DNA of 64,000 bases from assembly GCA_964016885.1 (NCBI GenBank), contig OZ024757.1, positions 28,396,001 to 28,460,000 of the forward strand, read 5' to 3'. Source of the DNA: Eledone cirrhosa. Taxonomy: Eukaryota. A program made the translations under genes and the position numbers. The notes beneath the pieces are model-generated. The model had not been told where the DNA came from. It saw only the letters and a program-made list of their open reading frames with translations, and did no database searches. Shown in pieces: positions 13,994 to 28,077 of the stretch (positions within the stretch are counted from its first letter, which is position 1; the number at the start of each line of letters is the position of its first letter).

Positions 13994-15304
13994 TACACAC
14001 ACATATATATATAAATTATATATATATATAGGTTTATATCTCTCTATATATATAGAGAGAGAGATAGATATAGCTATAATCATGTATATATGTCTGTATG
14101 TGTGAATATATATTTGTGTGTGTCTGTGTACATATATAATCAATGATGCCAGCTATATATGTGTGTGTGTGTCTATATATATATATATATAGACACACAC
14201 ACACATATACATAGAACCACAAAACACCCAATTTTCAGTCATCTAAATCAAAATGACACCACAACAGAACAAGATCAATAAATGTATAACCCTCTATTTG
14301 TCCACTGGTGCTAATCATTTCCTCCTCTCCACCACCACCACCATCATCACCATTATCATTCACACTTGTGTCTTCCGTCTTTCTCTATCTTCTTCTTCTT
14401 CTCCAATATGAAAAAAAAAAAGAAAAGAACGTGTTTAGGTTGGGGCAGTGGCATTAATCTAAAATTCATCACAAAGGTCACAATCTCTCTCTCTCTCTCT
14501 CTCTCTCCTTCCATCATCCACATCAAATTTTTATTATTTTATTTCTTATAGTTGCCTTCAAAAGAGTCAGTTCATTCTTTCTTCAAGCTGACTACTGCAG
14601 CTCTTTGGTTTGGCAGCACAAGTCAAGCGCCAAGCACTATCAATAGGTAATAGGTCATATGTTGTAAAGGTGTATGTGTGTATGTCCCCACCACCACTCC
14701 TCCACCCCTCTCTCTCTCTCTCTCCCTCTTTCTCTCTCGGCTTATTGTTATCTTCTGCAAGAGAGTCTCCCAGAATCAGTGTAGAAGAAGCCAGGAGCAG
14801 AGGGAGAAAATAGATATCCAATTGACCACTATGAAAGAACTGGTCAAAATGTCAATGACTTTTTCTTTTGGCTGTATAAATCAAAACAAAAAAAAAGGAG
14901 AAATAAGTAAGAAGCCTTCTGGTTGTCTTGTATTCTTCCTGTCTTCTTCAGTATTCTTTGTATTCTTCATTTGGCACAGAAACATAGATATCAGGTGCTT
15001 GAAGGTGAAAGGAAAGAAAGGAATGGTGTTTTATGTTTGTGAGGTGTCTGGTTAGTGAAGGTGTGTGATTTAATAGCAACATATAGACATGTGTTGGACC
15101 TGTATCGGTTCCAGTGTTGCACTTGTACGAACAATGGAACGGCCTGCTTATGAAATTTATGAGCAAGTGGCTGAGCACTCCATAGATATGTTTACCTTTA
15201 GCATAGGTCTCTGTGACATTCAGCATGACAATGTGTGTGGCTAGGCTGATACTGTAAATTACAGGTGTAGTCCTTGTATTATCGTGTAAGTGGATGAGCA
15301 TTAA

Positions 15305-15512
15305 CCCTTTAGCATTTAAACCGACCGTATCAGGGCAGAAATCTCTCACCTTTTTCTGTTCAAACCAGCTGTAACCAGCCACTCATACTGATGTTAAGGT
15401 ATTGTTCTCAAAATAAATAATATCAAAATCTCGTAGGTTCTATAATATGTGAGGTAAAGTTTTTACTGTGAAAATACAACAGTAAATATAGAGTAATGTG
15501 AATGCTAAAGGG
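15305..15512. mobile_element. piggyBac-like MITE family A (~200 bp)
   Basis: TTAA|CCCTTTAGCATT...AATGCTAAAGGG|TTAA. Other copies at ~723-950, 34202-34392, 29529-30684 (interrupted) and 48963-51218 (interrupted). Confidence 0.88.
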
Positions 15513-17102
15513 TTAATGTAGTTCTAGGAGAGATTATGCATGACACTGTGTGTTACAAAGCTAGTCATTTTAATTACGGTTACAGTCCATCTTGTAAGTG
15601 ACTGAGCATTCTACACATATGTGCCCTCTTAACATAGTTCTCAGGGAAATTCAGCATGACTCAGTGCATAAAAAGGCTGACTCTTTGAATTACAGGTGCA
15701 GTCATTGTATTATGGTTTATGTGGCTAGGCATTATACAGAGATGTGCCCTCTTAAGATAGTTCTCAGGACCATGTCTTCCTTAATAAAGTCCATTTGGGC
15801 AGGGTTTCTATGGTTTGATAACCACCCTCATATTATTTTACTCTTTTACTGGTTTCAGAGTGACACAGTGAATGGCAAAGCTGGTCCTTTGAATTGGACA
15901 ATTCATTCTCAGATAGACTGTGTCTGAATAAAAGATGGGAAAATAATTGCTTAGAATGCCTTTGACCACATGTTTACCTCTCAATCAGGACAGACCTAGG
16001 GCTAAGTTAGGGTTGGATTAAACAGTAAGCAAAATAAGTTCTTGGATAGGACACCAAGGGGTACCATTTTATTCATAATAAATGACATTACTCCCCAAAT
16101 TATTTGGCAAACTTTATATATAGATGAGGCTAGGGAGCATCATAATCTTTCAAGTGTTTAAGGCCTCAAAAGACTTAATCTGGCCCTGGGCTAAACAACA
16201 ACAAAACCAAACTGTGAATTTGATTCACCATTACTTTATCTTCTATATTATATTGATCACTGAAATTCACTATGACATCAATACTTAATAATCATGGATG
16301 GATGTGTATATATATATATGGTGTCTGTATTGGCATCTTGACTATGACTGATGATTGATGGGTTAGCAAATGCATATATGATGTATAATATAGAAGTATG
16401 TATATATTCCTGTATATGCATATATGTATGTGTATGTATGGATGCATGTGTGTACCTATGATTGTATGTATGATATAAATTATGTATATATATATATATT
16501 TATATATATATATATATATTTACACACACACAGATACATACATATAATATATATATATTTATATATATATATATATATTTACATATACATATATATATTT
16601 ACATATATATATATATATATATTTACATATATATATATATATATATTTACATATATATATATATATATATTTACATATATATATATATATATTTACACAC
16701 ACACGCATATATATATATGTATATATATCATAATCATTATTGTGGTATGTGTGTGTGCATGAAACTGCCAGACAAACATCCATCTATATATCTATGACAG
16801 TAATAATATAGTTGGCTTCTATGAAGTTATTTATAAACATGACCCATCTATGTAAATGTATTGAGGCAGTGATAAATGTTAGATAGAGGTACATCCCTAT
16901 ATGATAGCTAGAACAATGGAGTTATGTGAAATAGACACCTTGAAATAGACACACCTTGTCTCCCATCTTCTCCCTCTACATATATACATATATATCTGCA
17001 ATTTGAGTGTGATATATATATATGTGCATTCGCACACACACATATATATATATATATACATGCACACACATATATGCATATATATATATAAATATACAAA
17101 CA

Positions 17103-17154
<52 letters not shown>

Positions 17155-17331
17155 CACACTCAGACTCCCTACCCTGCTCTTCTAAAATAATTTTGCTGGT
17201 TATTTTGTCTCCTTCATTTGATATTCATGTAATACATAAATTTATATGTATTGAATGAATAATAATATATACATAACTACATATGCAATAAGTCTACTTG
17301 TTTGAGTATGTGCCCATAGATACACACGTAC

Positions 17332-17379
<48 letters not shown>

Positions 17380-17463
17380 AGTCCTGGGTTCAATCGGGGG
17401 TAACCACAGTAAGTAAGGTACTCAATACATTAGTAGAGTGTATACAAAATTTAATATAGAAAT

Positions 17464-17513
17464 GGCTTCTACAGGACTAGAACTGTTTCATTCGAAAGAA
17501 ATCATCAGGAAAG
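17464..17513 (-). ncRNA. Type I hammerhead ribozyme motif within Penelope-like terminal repeat (17375-17530)
   Basis: Minus strand: CTTTC-CTGATGA-T TTC tttc GAA T-GAAA-CAG ttctagtc CTG-TA-GAAGCC. Across the core, stem II and stem III it differs from the 60240 copy only at core position 7 and in loop II. Confidence 0.7.
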
Positions 17514-17538
17514 TTATTTCTAAATTAAATTATATATA

Positions 17539-18430
17539 CAGGGTTCGGACGATATTTGTTCGCAAGATTACTGTCTAGGAAAAATTAACACAGTAGTTTT
17601 ATTTTTTAAGATATATTTATCAAACTTAGGTCAGTTTGTCTTCATGACGTGTTCTTTCAATCTCACTTGATAAACCTGCCATTGGCTTTGATGACGGCCT
17701 CAAGGCGGCCTTGGAACCAGCTACAGGTCTTCGTCACTGTCCCCCGACTTAGGCCCCTAAAGGCACTTGTGATCCTGGCCTTCAGATCATCTTTCGTATT
17801 GCAGCTAGATCTGTTGGTGTCTCGTTCCACTGCACCCCACACAAAGAAGTCGAGGAGGTTGCAGTCAGGTGAGCTGGGAGGCCAGATGTCAGGTGAAGTG
17901 TGGTCGACAAAGTTCTCTGACAGCCAGGCTTGGGTCTTTCGGCTGGTATGGCAGGATGCTGAGTCTTGCTGCCACACTTATGGCCTACCTGCAGCTACCT
18001 GGTCGATCCAGGGCTTTACTACCTCGTTCAGGATGCGGATGTAGCCATCAGTGTTCAGCTTGAGACCCCCAGGGAAGAAGTGAGGTGGCAAGACGTCACC
18101 TTGACTGCTGGCGACACCTAAGACCAATGTTGTCGCCGGAAACTTTGTCTGCATGACTCTGAGCACGTCTTTGGATGAGACTCCATTCTCCTGCTGACGC
18201 TGAGAAAGTCTGAAATTTCCTTATTTGTCCTCCCAGCGCGGATTCCAAGAAGTACTCCGTGTCTCTTCCACAAATTTGGAGGTTCAAAATTATTCATAAT
18301 CAATTATTCTGAAAATAAATGATGGAAATATAGTCACTGTTTTTATGACGACAAGAGTGACAACTGAAGTAAAAAAAATTTGCATAAAATTAGCAGTTGA
18401 AAATTGCAAACAAATATCGTCCACACCCTG
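17539..18430 (-). mobile_element. Internally deleted Tc1/mariner element, DD37D (maT) family
   Basis: 27-bp TIRs CAGGGTtcGGACGATATTTGTTcGCAA (17539-17565) and 18404-18430 (24/27 identical), with TA at both flanks. Transposase remnants: N-terminal HTH (GRTNKEISDFL), then VLGVASSQGDVLPPHFF, then QQD-37aa-D (WPPSSPDCNLLDF). One in-frame stop and a deletion near 18185. Confidence 0.93.
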
Positions 18431-18585
18431 TATATAAGGGTGGTGCCCCAGCATGGCCTCAGTCGGATGGCTGGAACAGGTAAAAGAGTAGACGAGTATA
18501 CATTGTATCATAAGCAGTTATATATATATATATATATATATACGATATATTAACAAATGGAAACTATATTTATAAAACCATATTT

Positions 18586-18648
18586 ATTTCATTATACATA
18601 TTTCAAGGACACCAAGTTAAATTATGGTGTGCTTTCATCAGATAAAAT
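18586..18648 (-). ncRNA. Type I hammerhead ribozyme motif (same architecture as 54656 copy)
   Basis: Minus strand: ATTTTAT-CTGATGA-[AAGCACACCA taatttaact TGGTGTCCTT]-GAAA-TATGTA-TA-ATGAAAT. Stem I is 7 bp with one G-U, stem II has 9/10 paired, and stem III is near-palindromic. Confidence 0.7.
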
Positions 18649-19264
18649 ATAATATAGAGCAGTTTTATAAATAAATATTGACATACCCTTAAAGAATGTG
18701 ACCATTTCTGTTGGAAGCCAATATATCGTATTTTTACTCCAATAATTTGTTGAGTGCTTTATATCAGTTATAAAAATATTTGCTTGTTGTATCCCAACAA
18801 TTTAAATAGAACTTATATATATATATATATATGTATAAATGGATGTTACTAGTTGAGACCAGTAAGACCATTATTCAACTTGGTACTCTACACTGTGTCG
18901 GTATTATTATAAGAATTCTCTACTCTACCTTTAAGCTGCTACTGTTTCATTTGTTGTCAAAATGGTACAAGCTTAACCATAGGCCAGAGAATCCTTAAAT
19001 TAATAATAATAATGATGATAATGATAATCCACAACTAGCTCCGCTGTCAGGTCCTGATTCTTTTAATATAGCCATACTCTTCTATCCCAAGTATTTAGTA
19101 CTCTGTTAAGTAATGGTCTAACTAGTTTCAAACTGGTTCTATCTTGATATATATATATATATTTCATCATCATCATTTGAAATATGTTTTCATGTTGGCA
19201 TGGGTTGGACAGGTTGCCACAGCCTGAGACTTCATGCATGAGGGAATCATGTCTTGCTCATATG

Positions 19265-19296
<32 letters not shown>

Positions 19297-20181
19297 CATC
19301 CATTTTTAGATGATGCCATATGGACCATGTCAATATTTAATCACTGTTACTGTCTTACTAGTTGCAACATGGGACCATGACTTCTTTAATAAGGTCCATT
19401 TTGGCAGAGCTTCTAAGGTTTAATGACCTATCTCATATTGTTTTACTTTTTTACTGGTTTCAGTGGTGGTGCCAGTGCCAATCTGAAATACACTCAGTGC
19501 ACAGTGTAAAGTGGTGGTGGTTCTGGTGCCACACTGAAACACTCATTACCCACTGCAGTGTGGTGGTGGTGGAGGTGGTGGTACCATTCTGAAATGCACT
19601 CAGTACATATTGTAATGTGCTGGTGCTGGTTCCATGTTGAAATACACTCAGTACAAGCTGTAATGTGGTGATATTCCTAGTATACTTTGGAAAGTGATAA
19701 TGCTAGTTACATATAAAGTGTATAAAGTGTATAAATCGAGTGCATATAAAGTGATTGTCATTAGGAAGGGCACCTAGCTGCAGAACCCATGCCAAGAATG
19801 AAACATGTAAACAAAACATGATTCACTGACACATTTAATCTCTGACCATGATAAACTGTCCAACCCATGCCAGCATGAAAAATAAACTTAAACTGATGAT
19901 TATTACATATATATATAAATATATATAAACGCATGCACACACCCACACATCATATACATTCATATATGCATGCCTATATTTATGCTTATATTAATATAGA
20001 CGTCTATATATACAGGGAGAGCTACGTATATACTATTATATAGGGGGTAATTTTGATATTCTGTATAAATATGTGTATTGAATTATATAAATATATTACT
20101 ACTGTATGTGATTGAGAAGGGTAGGTATATATATAGACAGGATACATATATGGATAGGTCACTGTGCTATCTATCTATCTA

Positions 20182-20262
<81 letters not shown>

Positions 20263-20325
20263 GAGCGAGAGATACACACACACACACACATATACATGCA
20301 TATATATATATATATATGTACTCAA

Positions 20326-20359
<34 letters not shown>

Positions 20360-21260
20360 CCTTTCTTAGTAATGAAAGTGGACATTATATGATGATATAT
20401 ACACATATACATATTCATATAGATATATATATGTCCTACCTATGCTAGAGTGGAAAATGGACGTTAAGCAATGATGTTGATGGTGCTGATGATATTCCAA
20501 GTGAGTGTGTTACATATACACACACTACACACTCACTTATTTCCTTGACCATTAAAACTCACACTTTCTCCCTCACACTAAAACACAAACACACATATAC
20601 CTCGTAACTACCACATTTCTCTCTTGGGTATATAGGAAATTATACACACACATACACTCACACATATATATATGTATAAAATGATATCAATATCCCCACA
20701 GGTACTAAGTACCCTCGGAAATATATACGGTGTCTAAATTTTTGAATTTTTTTTTTAAAGATTGTTTGAATTTTACTTGTTCCGCTTATCTCAATTTTAT
20801 ATATATATATATACCCTTGCAAGCAGGGAAAAACGGACATAAAATGATGATGATGATGTATGTGTATATATATATATATACATAGAGATATATATTATGA
20901 TATAGATATGTCCTACATTCAACTGTCTTGATGGCAAAATTGAATAATGCTTTTACTACTTTTAAGTAATATATATACTTGTTGGATAGGTTTCTGTAAT
21001 AAACATACTAAACACACTGAACTAATGACTCAAATACTTTATATAGAGTCAATATAACATTTGTTATTAATAGTAACTGTTTACTTCAAACTTTTGTGAA
21101 AGCTTCCAACTTTTTAAAACCAAAACCAATAGCTTTGGTGTAAGATGCATGGTTTGCTTCCCTGCAGGTGTCTTTGTCCACTTTTATCCATCTCCAGGGC
21201 TACTCTACTTGATTTATTCAGTTATTATTTATGGTTATCTATTATTATTATTGCATCTAT

Positions 21261-21451
21261 GTGGATTGGCAGTATCGGTAGAATGTCAGACGCCATGCTT
21301 TGACGCATAGAGTTATGACCATTTCTATTCTAAGTTCAAATACCGCCAAGGTTTACTTTGCCTTTCATCCTTACGGGGTCAATAAAATAAAGTACCAGTA
21401 ATGCACTGGGTAATTGCTGGCTTTGTGCCAAAAGTAGAAACAATTATTATT
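21261..21451 (+). mobile_element. SINE family 1
   Basis: ggattggcagtatcggtaga...agttcaaataccgcc...gcctttcatccttacggggtcaataaaataaagtaccag...gtagaaacaattattatt. Confidence 0.85.
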
Positions 21452-21799
21452 GCATCTATATGTTCAAATATACATATATATATAATAGTAGTAATAATAG
21501 TATTATTAACTGGAGTAGTTAAACTGCTTTACTGGCTGATTAAAAGCTCAACGCAATGGGGGCCATGCAGAGTTGTAATATATTAATTTCAAAAATAAAC
21601 TCTCATGATGCTGACTATGAATCAACACCTGTGGGTTAAGTCATAAGATTTTAAAATTATAATATTATTGTGAAGGGTGAAATTTTAAATCAGCAGAAAT
21701 ATATGTTAGTTTGATAATGCTTTGAATCTTCGGTGTTTTTTAAATAATACACACATGCACACACACATGCACACACACATATATATATATATACATATA

Positions 21800-21935
21800 T
21801 ATGTATGTAAAAGGTAAACAGAAATAACAACACAATCGGTACAGTATATGGAAGGGATATATTAGGTTAATGCTTGATATAGCAGGAAGAGGGTCTTAAT
21901 GTTTCGGATGCTAGTCCTTCATCAGAAGAAAGAAT
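21800..21935 (-). mobile_element. Penelope-like terminal repeat fragment with minimal hammerhead (21894-21929)
   Basis: Minus strand: TCTT-CTGATGA-A GGA ctagca TCC-GAAA-C(A)TT-AAGA. Homologous over ~130 bp to 43705-43835 (+). Confidence 0.6.
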
Positions 21936-22775
21936 GAGAAATAAGATAGATTGAGGAGATGGACGGGTTGGAATTGGAAAACATGTCTCTAGATAAAGAT
22001 AACAGGTCCATTCATGTTGACATCTCTTGCAAATATATATATATGTATATATATATATGGTTCAAGATTAAAAAAAGATAAACATAGAGAAACAATTGTA
22101 GGAAAAATTATCTCAACGTATCAGACATTAGCCGTTCATCAAGAGGTGTAAGGTTAAGAGAAAGAGGAGGTTGGGAGGTTGCATAGAAAGTGGGGAGAAA
22201 GTGTTTATTAGGATGGAGGAAATGGGCAGATAAGTAGTCTGGTGTATAGAATGAAATTAATTTTAATGGAAGCTACTATCCGAATGGTTTAAGCTTTACG
22301 ATAGAACTTAGATGTTTTAAATAATATGTACACTCTAATTTCTTCAAAGTATGGAAGACTTAGTTTGATAAAGGTCTCAGGGGTCTCAATTAATAACATC
22401 TATACATTTATATAGTTCAATGGCTATATGACGATGAAGATAATTATATATATATACACACATATGTATAGATGTTTATGTTTATATATATAAAGTTCAA
22501 ATATAATAAATAATAGAATAAATATGGTTTTATAAATATAGTTTCCATTTATTTAATATCATTGTATATATATATATATACACACACACATATATATATA
22601 TATATAAACATATCATACACCCACACATATTCATATATACAAATATACATAAAAGTAACTTTACAATTTTTTCAAAAGAACTAAAACCATATTTCAAAGA
22701 ATTATCCCTATCCTGAAAAGAAGTTTTGTGATAGCAGCAGCAGTGGTGTGTATGTGTGTGTGTTTGCACACATTT

Positions 22776-22824
<49 letters not shown>

Positions 22825-23179
22825 TACTTTCGATATTTACTTATTTAATAGGCCCATTTATTTTTATATGCATGTGTCTGTGGGTACAAATGTATGTGTG
22901 TATATATGTGTGCACCTGTATATGTTTGTATGTGTGTGTGCACCTGTATATGTATGTATGTGTGTGTGCATCTGTAAATGTGTGTCTGTGGTGTAAACAT
23001 ATATAGGTTGATAGATAGATAGATTGATAATGTAGATAGATAAAAAACGATGTTGCAGTGTGAGCTGGCCATTAATGAGAGAATATGAAGCAGGGTCGAT
23101 CAATATATTCAATAGTGGCAGGTGAGAAAGAACCAGGAAGGAAACAAAAGAATGAATATCATACACACACACAGACACA

Positions 23180-23221
<42 letters not shown>

Positions 23222-23403
23222 CAATGTATGCATATGTATATATGTGTATGTCTATGTGTGTAAATATATATATATGCGTATGTATTTATGTATGTGTAAA
23301 TGCAACTGTGTAGGTGAATACACATATATATATATATATATGTGTGTGTGTGTACATGCAGCTGCGTGCATATTATATATATATACACATATATATATAT
23401 ATA

Positions 23404-23548
<145 letters not shown>

Positions 23549-23828
23549 AATGTGTCTGTATGTATGGAGAGAGAAAGAAGGGGGAGAAAATTAGTACAAG
23601 GAAATCTATGAATATAAGATGGAAAAACATATTTTTTTTAGATGTTTTTCGATCATTCTTTTAAAGATTTTATTTCAAAGGGACTTCTGAGATTTTGATA
23701 TTTTGGTTATTGAATTTATTTCATTTTATTATCATTAAAAAATAAAATAAAATAACTGTGTTGTCATCTATTGAAAATTGAACAATAAAAATATATTTTA
23801 GATTTTGATATGGGTGATGTCTACATTA

Positions 23829-23861
<33 letters not shown>

Positions 23862-24050
23862 TCTATATACACACACGTGTATGCGTGTGTTTTTATGTAT
23901 CTAGTTGTACATGTATCTGAATGCATTTTTTTAAAAATGTATTGTTAAAAACTTGATAATAAAAATACATTTGGGCGTGTGTATACATATATATGTCTGT
24001 GTATATATATATGTATATCTGTGTGTATGTTTATGTGTAATAAATTTATG

Positions 24051-24166
<116 letters not shown>

Positions 24167-25085
24167 ATATGGCTAAATTGACTCTTCCACAATGTAATTG
24201 TATATTTATAGTTCATTTTTATACATACATTTTCAAAGGTCTGTATATATGCAGATATAATTGAAACTTTACTAACTCCCATGTAGCACACTGGGGAAGG
24301 ATTATTCTATACATAGAGCTTATAAATAAAAAAAATCACACTCACACATACATGTATATTTACACATACATACAAGCACACATTAAAATGTGTGTATACA
24401 TGCATATAGAAATATATACACAAACACTCACTTACACACACACACACACATTTATATGCCTTAGTAGGTAGAGTGTTTAGCTCACTATTGTGAGCTCGAT
24501 TCTTGGACTAGATGGCACATTGTATCCTTGAGCAAGGTGCTTTATTTCCTCTTGCTAAAGTTCTCTCATATGGTAAAAATAAGTTGTACCTGTAATTCAA
24601 GGAGGGTAGCCTTGTCACACATTGTGCCACGCTGAATCTCCCCTTGAATTATGTTAAGCAGCATCTTATCATACTTTAAAATTGTTAATACTTGAAATAA
24701 AGCCCCTTGTTGTACAGCCGACCATGTTATTCTTCATACTCTCACTATTATTACTCCAAGTATAACCTGCATAGGAATTCTCGCGAACTCGCTACCTAGC
24801 TATGGAAACATCTTGTTGAGTCAAACAAAGCCGTACGTTAAAACTATCCACAATACAGAGTACTCACAACCTCTAACTGGATTACCTATAACGATAACTT
24901 GTTATCCCATATATATATACAATATGTTGAAAAGGTAACACACCAGAGAGAGATACAGTGCATTATCAATAATACAGGGAAAAAACCACCAGTGTATGGA
25001 ATCTATAACCTATGAAAGGCAGACTATAGACACGATAATTAAAAATATAAATTAAAGCGTAAATAAATACCTCTATAACTATATA

Positions 25086-25165
25086 ACACACGTACAAATC
25101 CAAAGATATGTTTCACCAAAAATTTGTTGAAAGAAAAGGATTAACCTCGGTTCATCAGCGTGTGT
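25086..25165 (-). ncRNA. Type I hammerhead ribozyme motif, apparently intact
   Basis: Minus strand: ACACACG-CTGATGA-[ACCGAGG...TTTTGGT]-GAAA-CATATC tttg GATTTG-TA-CGTGTGT. Stem I is a perfect 7 bp, stem II has G-U pairs, stem III is ACA/TGT plus ATC/GAT, and the triplet is GUA. Confidence 0.8.
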
Positions 25166-25366
25166 AAGGCTATACATTTCAGACAACACTAAGAGAATTT
25201 TAAAATTGACTGTCCAGCTACACGTGGGAGAGAGAAGTCACAACGTGTTTAAGGGCAGTGAACCAGTGACCTCTGAGGGACGAACTGCTAGAAAGGGCAG
25301 CCCAAAGCCACTCAGAGAAGTGTGCTCAACCAAACAGAGATAGGAAAGACTGTTATTAGGAGCGAA

Positions 25367-25452
25367 ATATCACGATAAATTAACGGAGGCATAGGCCCTC
25401 GCTATTCCCTGTAAATAATGTGCTCAAAGGGCCTATACCTCCGTTAATTTAT

Positions 25453-25460
<8 letters not shown>
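25367..25460. repeat. 33-bp inverted repeat with 28-nt spacer
   Basis: ATATCACGATAAATTAACGGAGGcATAGGCCCT...AGGGCCTATaCCTCCGTTAATTTATCGTGATAT, one mismatch. Confidence 0.9.
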
Positions 25461-25504
<44 letters not shown>

Positions 25505-26566
25505 AAGCCTTGCTCACAGCAAAAACACACATGAAACAATGATGATGGTTATTGCACTTTCAACTCTGATTATGATATTAAAAAAATGGTTTTCTTCCAT
25601 TCTTTTATATACTAAAATGATACAAAACCACCTGAACTGGTTCTACAATACAAAGCTGTTTATTTTAAACAGTTTATGTTTATCTAAAAACCTTCCATCA
25701 TAATTTTATGTAAAAATCTTTAAGTCATGTTCCAGATATCAGCTTAATTATGAGCAAGTTAGTTATATTACTAAACCACTTTAAATTGTTAATTATTTTG
25801 AAAATGATTTTAAAGTTATAGGCAATGTTTGTGTTGAAAATATGGGAATGAAAGTGTTAAAGTGTTTATATTTATCTAAAAACCTTTCACTATAATTTCA
25901 TGCAAGAAACTTTGTGAAGTCATGTTCCAGACACCAGCTTAATAATGAAAAAGTTATATCACTAAATCTCTCCAGTTCTTGATTATTCTCTAAATTGTTT
26001 GAAAACCATATGTAGAGTCTTTCATTTGAATTACAAAGATAAGAGAAATGTTGCTATTATTTTCAACAGGTTGAATGATGATATAGAGGGCTCCTTTATT
26101 GGTTGCTATTTCTAGCAAGCCCAGTGATCAGGTTGAGTTACCATTACCACGTTACTATGACATTATATAAACAAACAGTTTTCGTGAACAAGCTACCATA
26201 AATCAAACTGATTTATGTCAATGAACTGTTGCAAATCATTCGTGCTGGATTCAAAGTTTTATGGAGTTTCCCAGGAATTTTTCACAAAGACACTGCATCA
26301 CTAACGAATTCTTTCAGCTGATCAATTGTACTCGAATCTTTTTCTCTGACAAAACCAGGAAAGTTTTGAATACCTCTGTAAATTAAGTGGCATAGAATGA
26401 TGTCTAATACAAGACTGTTCTATTGATTCTCTGAGCTACTGACTGCAACAAGTAATGACAAAACACTGAATAATGAATTTCACATTGAGATTGAAATACA
26501 AAACAAAACAAATTTGTGTCTGTATATATGTGTGTGTATTTGTGTGTGTGTATATATATATATATT

Positions 26567-26643
26567 CAGGGTGTCCCAAAAAATGTATACACACTTCGAC
26601 AGCATTCTAATAAATAAGTGTATATATTTTTGAGGACACCCTG
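26567..26643. mobile_element. Tc1-like MITE (~80-100 bp); copies also at 575-674 and 61340-61441
   Basis: ~30-bp TIR CAGGGTGTCCCAAAAAATGTATACACACTT and its inverted copy, with TA at the right flank. Confidence 0.75.
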
Positions 26644-26861
26644 TATATATTTATAACACACACGTATATATATATATGCATAAATACAAGCACACTTGTG
26701 CACACACACACATATGTATGTGTGTGTATATATATATATACATGCATATATAACTCATGCAAGCATGGAAAATAGACATTAAACAGTGATGCTACACACA
26801 CACAATTTTTGTCATGCTGTTTGCTACCTGGTCAATGCAATGATAAATCTAAAGTGAAGTT

Positions 26862-27375
26862 ATCATCATCATCATCATTGATTAATGTCCATTTTCCCTG
26901 CTGGCAAGGATTGGAAGGGTCACAGATTACATCAGTACTTAAGCAGTGCTTCTGACCTTGCAGACGGATCTGGGGACTACATCTCACATTCCCATTCTAT
27001 GGCTGGATGCCCTTCCCATTAACAACTACTTTACAGAGTGTACTGGGTGTGTTTTATCATGGCACCACCACTAGAGAGGCTTTCATGTCTTTGACATGAT
27101 TGAAGAATTCTCTCGATTGTTTATTTGGCATATTTTTAAAAGCTGAATGCCCTTCCCATTAACAACTATTTTACAGAGTGTACTGGGTGTGTTTTATCAT
27201 GGCACCAGCACTAGAAAGGCTGAAGAATTCTCTAGATCTTTTATTTGGCTAATATTCTAAAGCTAGATGCCATTTCTTTGACCAACTACTTTACAGAGTG
27301 TACTGGGTGTGTTTTATCATGGCATCAGCACTAGAAAGACTGAAGAATTCTCTAGATCTTTTATCATGGCATCAG
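26862..27375 (-). repeat. Old RTE 3' UTR fragment expanded into ~3 tandem units of ~120-145 bp
   Basis: Repeated block aacaactaytttacagagtgtactgggtgtgttttatcatggcaccagcactag at ~27020, 27160 and 27283. RTE tail at 26862-26915. Confidence 0.7.
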
Positions 27376-27989
27376 ACTAAGGTAGACTGTTATGTCTAAA
27401 GAATCTTCATTGTAAATCCAGAATGAAGTTTGACAAATACCAGAAACCACCACCATGTTGGTTTTGTCTTCATAATGCCAATAGTAAAGCTCTGAAGAAA
27501 TGGATTAGGCCACTTAGCCATAATCTAGTTTGATGTCTTCCGAAAGATTGTTTTACAAACAAACAAGCTAATAATATGAGCAGATGATATTCTTTGTTAT
27601 CTAGCTTGATTTCTGATAAGTTGCTTTACAGTGTTGGTGGTGGTGATGTTGGGGATGGTAGTGGTGGTGTTGGTGATGGTAGTGGTGGGGGTGGTAGTGT
27701 TGGTGATGGTAGTGGTGCTGGTGTTGGTAGTGGTGGTGGTGGTGTTGGTGATGGTGATGGTAGTGGTGGTGGTGTTGGTGATGGTAGTGGTGGTGTTGGT
27801 GATGATGATGGTAGTGGTGGTGGTGTTGGTGATGGTGTTGGTGATGGTAGTGGTGGTGGTGCAAGTTGCAGAGAAATATATTGTTGTTATTGTTGTGGTG
27901 GCAAGCATTGCTGGTGCTTCGAGTTGCAGAAATATATATTGTTGTAGTTGTTGTGGTGCTGGTGCTACCAGTTGCAGAGATATATGTTG

Positions 27990-28020
<31 letters not shown>

Positions 28021-28077
28021 TGTTGTTGTTGTTGTAATGGTGGTGGTGGTGGTGGTGCCACTAATTGCATGTATATA

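Noticed and set aside
22111-22146. Decayed hammerhead-like motif on the minus strand (also 54955-54990 and 42065-42105 on +)
   Set aside because: Core nucleotides are mutated (TTGATGA/GATA, or GAAA missing). Probably relics of the same repeats, but not supportable as ribozymes.
26150-26480. Possible old Tc1/mariner coding remnant (STIDQLKEFVSDAV on minus)
   Set aside because: Too degenerate; no TIRs or catalytic motif recognised.
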